Assembly (NCBI GenBank): GCA_963665775.2 | Contig: CAXXTF010000001.1 | Location: forward strand, 768,001-832,000 | Length of the DNA: 64,000 bases | Direction: 5' to 3' | From: Dehalococcoidia bacterium | GTDB lineage: Bacteria > Chloroflexota > Dehalococcoidia > SM23-28-2 > RBG-16-64-32 | Shown: piece by piece, positions 61,303 through 64,000 of the stretch | How positions within the stretch are numbered: position 1 is the first letter of the stretch | How the letters are laid out: each line of letters begins with the position of its first letter | Position numbers and translations under genes: made by a program | Notes under the pieces: model-generated | Told to the model about the DNA's origin: nothing | What the model saw: only the letters and a program-made list of their open reading frames with translations | Database searches by the model: none

Positions 61303-62451
61303 CTAGAAAGCGGATATGCCCAGCAGCTCTCTCCCTAGAAGAAGCTTCTGGATCTGAGTCGTGCCCTCGTATATGCTCAAGCCGATAGCATCCCCTAACA
61401 GGCCCTGGATGGGAAGGTCATCCACGTAGCCGGCTCCACCATGAAGGGAGATCGCGTTACGCGCCGCACTAACTGCTGCCTCCGTCGCAAATTGCTTGCC
61501 CATCACAATTTGCCGCGTCGGCCATTCGCCTTCATCCAGCAATCTCGCGGCCTCCAGGGTCAACAGGCGCGCGGCTTCGCAGCTGGTGGCCATGTCCGCC
61601 ACAATCTCTTGGATCAGCTGATGGCCGCCAATCGGCTTGCCCCATTGGGTGCGCTGCCTGGCGTAAGAGATGCAGGCGTCCAAGCAGGTCTGGATGACGC
61701 CGACTGCGCAGGCGGCCGTGGCCATCCGGCCAATCGTGAGGGATGTCTGGGCGATTCTGAAGCCATCCCCAACCGCCCCCAAAATGCGATCGGCGCCCGC
61801 TCTAACACCGTCGAAGTGGAGCACGGCAGTGTTAGATGAGTGAAGGCCCAGCTTGCCCGGTATGGACTCCCTACGAAGACCGGGAGAGTTCCCGTCCACG
61901 AGGAAAGTAGCGAGACCTTTGTGGCGGCTACCTGGCTCCGTCTGCGCGAAAACCACAATGAGATCGGCAATGGAGCCGTTTGATATCCAATACTTACTTC
62001 CCCTCAATTCCCAACCGCCTTCGCCTGGATTGGCAGATAACTCCAATTCAGCAGGGTCTGAGCCAACATTCGGTTCGGACAGGGCGAAGGCTCCTACTCT
62101 CCGTCCGTTCAGCAGCGCCGGCAGATAGGAGCGCCGCTGATCCTCGCTCCCGAAGCGGTGAATAGCGGTCCCAACCAAAGAGATCGGCACGGCAAGGGCA
62201 GACGTGTATACGGAGGGGCTGACCCCACCGATGGCCTCACATATGAGCGCATAGGAAACGTAATCAATCTTGACCCCACCGTACTGCTCAGGAAAAGGGC
62301 TCGGAACCAGCCCCACCTCGTCCATCTTTCTGAGGACATCAATGGGGAATGAGTCGTCGGCCTCTCGGGATTTGATGAAAGGTTTGATTTCTCGGTCTGC
62401 AAACCCCTTGGCCGCCTTGTACACCATTTGCTGGGCCTCGGTTAAGCGCAT
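61303..62451 (-). CDS. Acyl-CoA dehydrogenase
   Basis: FALSEPNVGSD, GSKYWISNG, IYEGTTQIQ. Confidence 0.95.
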   Translation of the reverse strand: MRLTEAQQMVYKAAKGFADREIKPFIKSREADDSFPIDVLRKMDEVGLVPSPFPEQYGGVKIDYVSYALICEAIGGVSPSVYTSALAVPISLVGTAIHRFGSEDQRRSYLPALLNGRRVGAFALSEPNVGSDPAELELSANPGEGGWELRGSKYWISNGSIADLIVVFAQTEPGSRHKGLATFLVDGNSPGLRRESIPGKLGLHSSNTAVLHFDGVRAGADRILGAVGDGFRIAQTSLTIGRMATAACAVGVIQTCLDACISYARQRTQWGKPIGGHQLIQEIVADMATSCEAARLLTLEAARLLDEGEWPTRQIVMGKQFATEAAVSAARNAISLHGGAGYVDDLPIQGLLGDAIGLSIYEGTTQIQKLLLGRELLGISAF

Positions 62452-62665
62452 GCTTCACTCCTTATAAGAGCATTCGGCCAACTCGTCGGCCAAGATCTTC
62501 TTCCCTTCAGTTGTCGACTCTTCGCCGTCTTGTCACTCCGGTTGTTGCCGCGAGATTGGCCGTCTTCGCGGACTAGCTTGCTTTAGAACCTCATTCTTGC
62601 GATCTGTACCATTTCCAACCCATCGGCATTACACTTGATTGGAGACTCTCCTCGAATTCGTCTGA

Positions 62666-64000
62666 TCAGATCGCCGTCCTTTGCTGGTACTCCCCGAAGA
62701 CCTCTCGCATCACGTTGCAGATCTCTCCCAGGGTGCAATAAGCTTTTACGGCGTCCAGTAGGTAGGGCATCACGCTATCAGCCCCACGGCAGGCCTTCTC
62801 CAGAGCGCGGAGGCGGCGGGCGGCCTCCCGGTTGTCCCGCTCCCGGCGGGCCCGTTTCAGCCGTTCGATCTGCCGCCTCTCCCCCTGGGGGTCCATCTCA
62901 AGGACGGGTATCTCGATGGGCTCGTCCAGGTTGTACTCGTTGACGCTCACGATGATCCGCTGCTTGGCCTCGATCTCCTGCTGGTAGCGGTAGGAGGAGT
63001 CGGCGATCTCCCGCTCGAAGAAGCCAGCCTCGATGGCTGGCAGCACTCCCCCCAGGTCGTCGATGCGGCGGAAGTATTGGTAGCACTCTTCCTCGGTCTC
63101 CCGGGTGAGGGCTTCGACGAAGAAGCTGCCTCCCAGGGGGTCCACCGTGTTGGCTACGCCCGACTCGTGAGCGATGACCTGCTGGGTGCGCAGGGCCAGG
63201 CGGGCCGCCTTCTCGCTGGGCAGGGCTACCGCTTCATCCATGGAATTTGTGTGCAGGGACTGGGTACCACCCAGGACTCCGGCCAGGGCCTGGATGGTGG
63301 TGCGGATCAGGTTCACCTCGGGCTGCTGCGCCGTCAGGGACGCCCCTGCCGTCTGGGTATGGAATCGGAGACGCCAGGAGCGTGGGTTCCGGGCCCCGAA
63401 CCGCTCTCGCACCTCTCGTGCCCAGATGCGGCGAGCGGCCCGGAACTTGGCCACCTCCTCGAAGAAGTCGTTGTGGCAGTCGAAGAAGAAAGAGAGCCGG
63501 GGGGCGAAGTCGTCGATCCGCATTCCTCGCTCCAGGCACCAACGCACGTACTCGAAACCGTCGGCCAGGGTAAAGGCCAGCTCCTGGGCCGCCGTTGCGC
63601 CCGCCTCACGGATGTGATAGCCGGAGATACTGATAGTGTTCCAGAGGGGCATCTCCCGCGCGCCGAACTCGATGGTGTCTACTACCAGCCTCATGGAAGG
63701 GTCTGGCGGAAAGATGAACTCATTCTGCGCGATATATTCCTTTAGAATGTCGTTTTGAATTGTGCCAGCGAGGTTCGTGCGCGGGATGTGGCGCTTCTCG
63801 GCGGCGGCAATGTACATCGCCCAGATGACGGCCGCCGGAGAGCTGATCGTCATGGAGGTCGTGATCTGGTCTAGAGGCAGGCCGTCCAGCAGGATCTCCA
63901 TGTCCCCCAGATGCGAGACGGCGACGCCGCACTTCCCAAATTCGCCAAGCGCTTGAGGAGCGTCGGTATCGTAGCCGTAGAGGGTCGGCAGGTCGAAGGC
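62666..64000 (-). CDS. B12-dependent acyl-CoA mutase large subunit (5' end outside the window)
   Basis: [36 protein letters not shown]; no B12-binding domain. Confidence 0.93.
   Translation of the reverse strand, partial: AFDLPTLYGYDTDAPQALGEFGKCGVAVSHLGDMEILLDGLPLDQITTSMTISSPAAVIWAMYIAAAEKRHIPRTNLAGTIQNDILKEYIAQNEFIFPPDPSMRLVVDTIEFGAREMPLWNTISISGYHIREAGATAAQELAFTLADGFEYVRWCLERGMRIDDFAPRLSFFFDCHNDFFEEVAKFRAARRIWAREVRERFGARNPRSWRLRFHTQTAGASLTAQQPEVNLIRTTIQALAGVLGGTQSLHTNSMDEAVALPSEKAARLALRTQQVIAHESGVANTVDPLGGSFFVEALTRETEEECYQYFRRIDDLGGVLPAIEAGFFEREIADSSYRYQQEIEAKQRIIVSVNEYNLDEPIEIPVLEMDPQGERRQIERLKRARRERDNREAARRLRALEKACRGADSVMPYLLDAVKAYCTLGEICNVMREVFGEYQQRTAI

Overview
GC-rich bacterial accessory region, most consistent with Chloroflexota (Dehalococcoidia-like). 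This is inferred from a Gram-positive-type LexA box, an LPxTG-like anchor, F420-type oxidoreductases and the anti-sigma type. In order along the window it holds: a CcdA-like gene; a restriction-endonuclease-like fusion; a disrupted ~1600-aa Ca-binding surface protein with C-terminal dockerin repeats followed by an LPPTG-anchored cohesin; an atypical serine hydrolase; a membrane protein-patatin-EEP nuclease cluster; an orphan molybdopterin oxidoreductase; and a REC-TrxB / substrate-binding protein / histidine kinase operon that still carries the stub of a displaced cNMP domain. A 4.07-kb IS903-like transposon (9-bp TSD) carrying a restriction-modification-like cargo is inserted in the first codons of that operon. 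Further right are a LexA-controlled imuB-imuB_C-dnaE2 cassette with divergent SRAP, an IS6, many TGT..ACA rve-type IS remnants and a MITE, an ECF sigma with a divergent anti-sigma, a tRNA-Lys 3' fragment (att site), and acyl-CoA catabolic genes. No CRISPR array or rRNA was seen. All family calls come from motif recognition by eye, not database searches.
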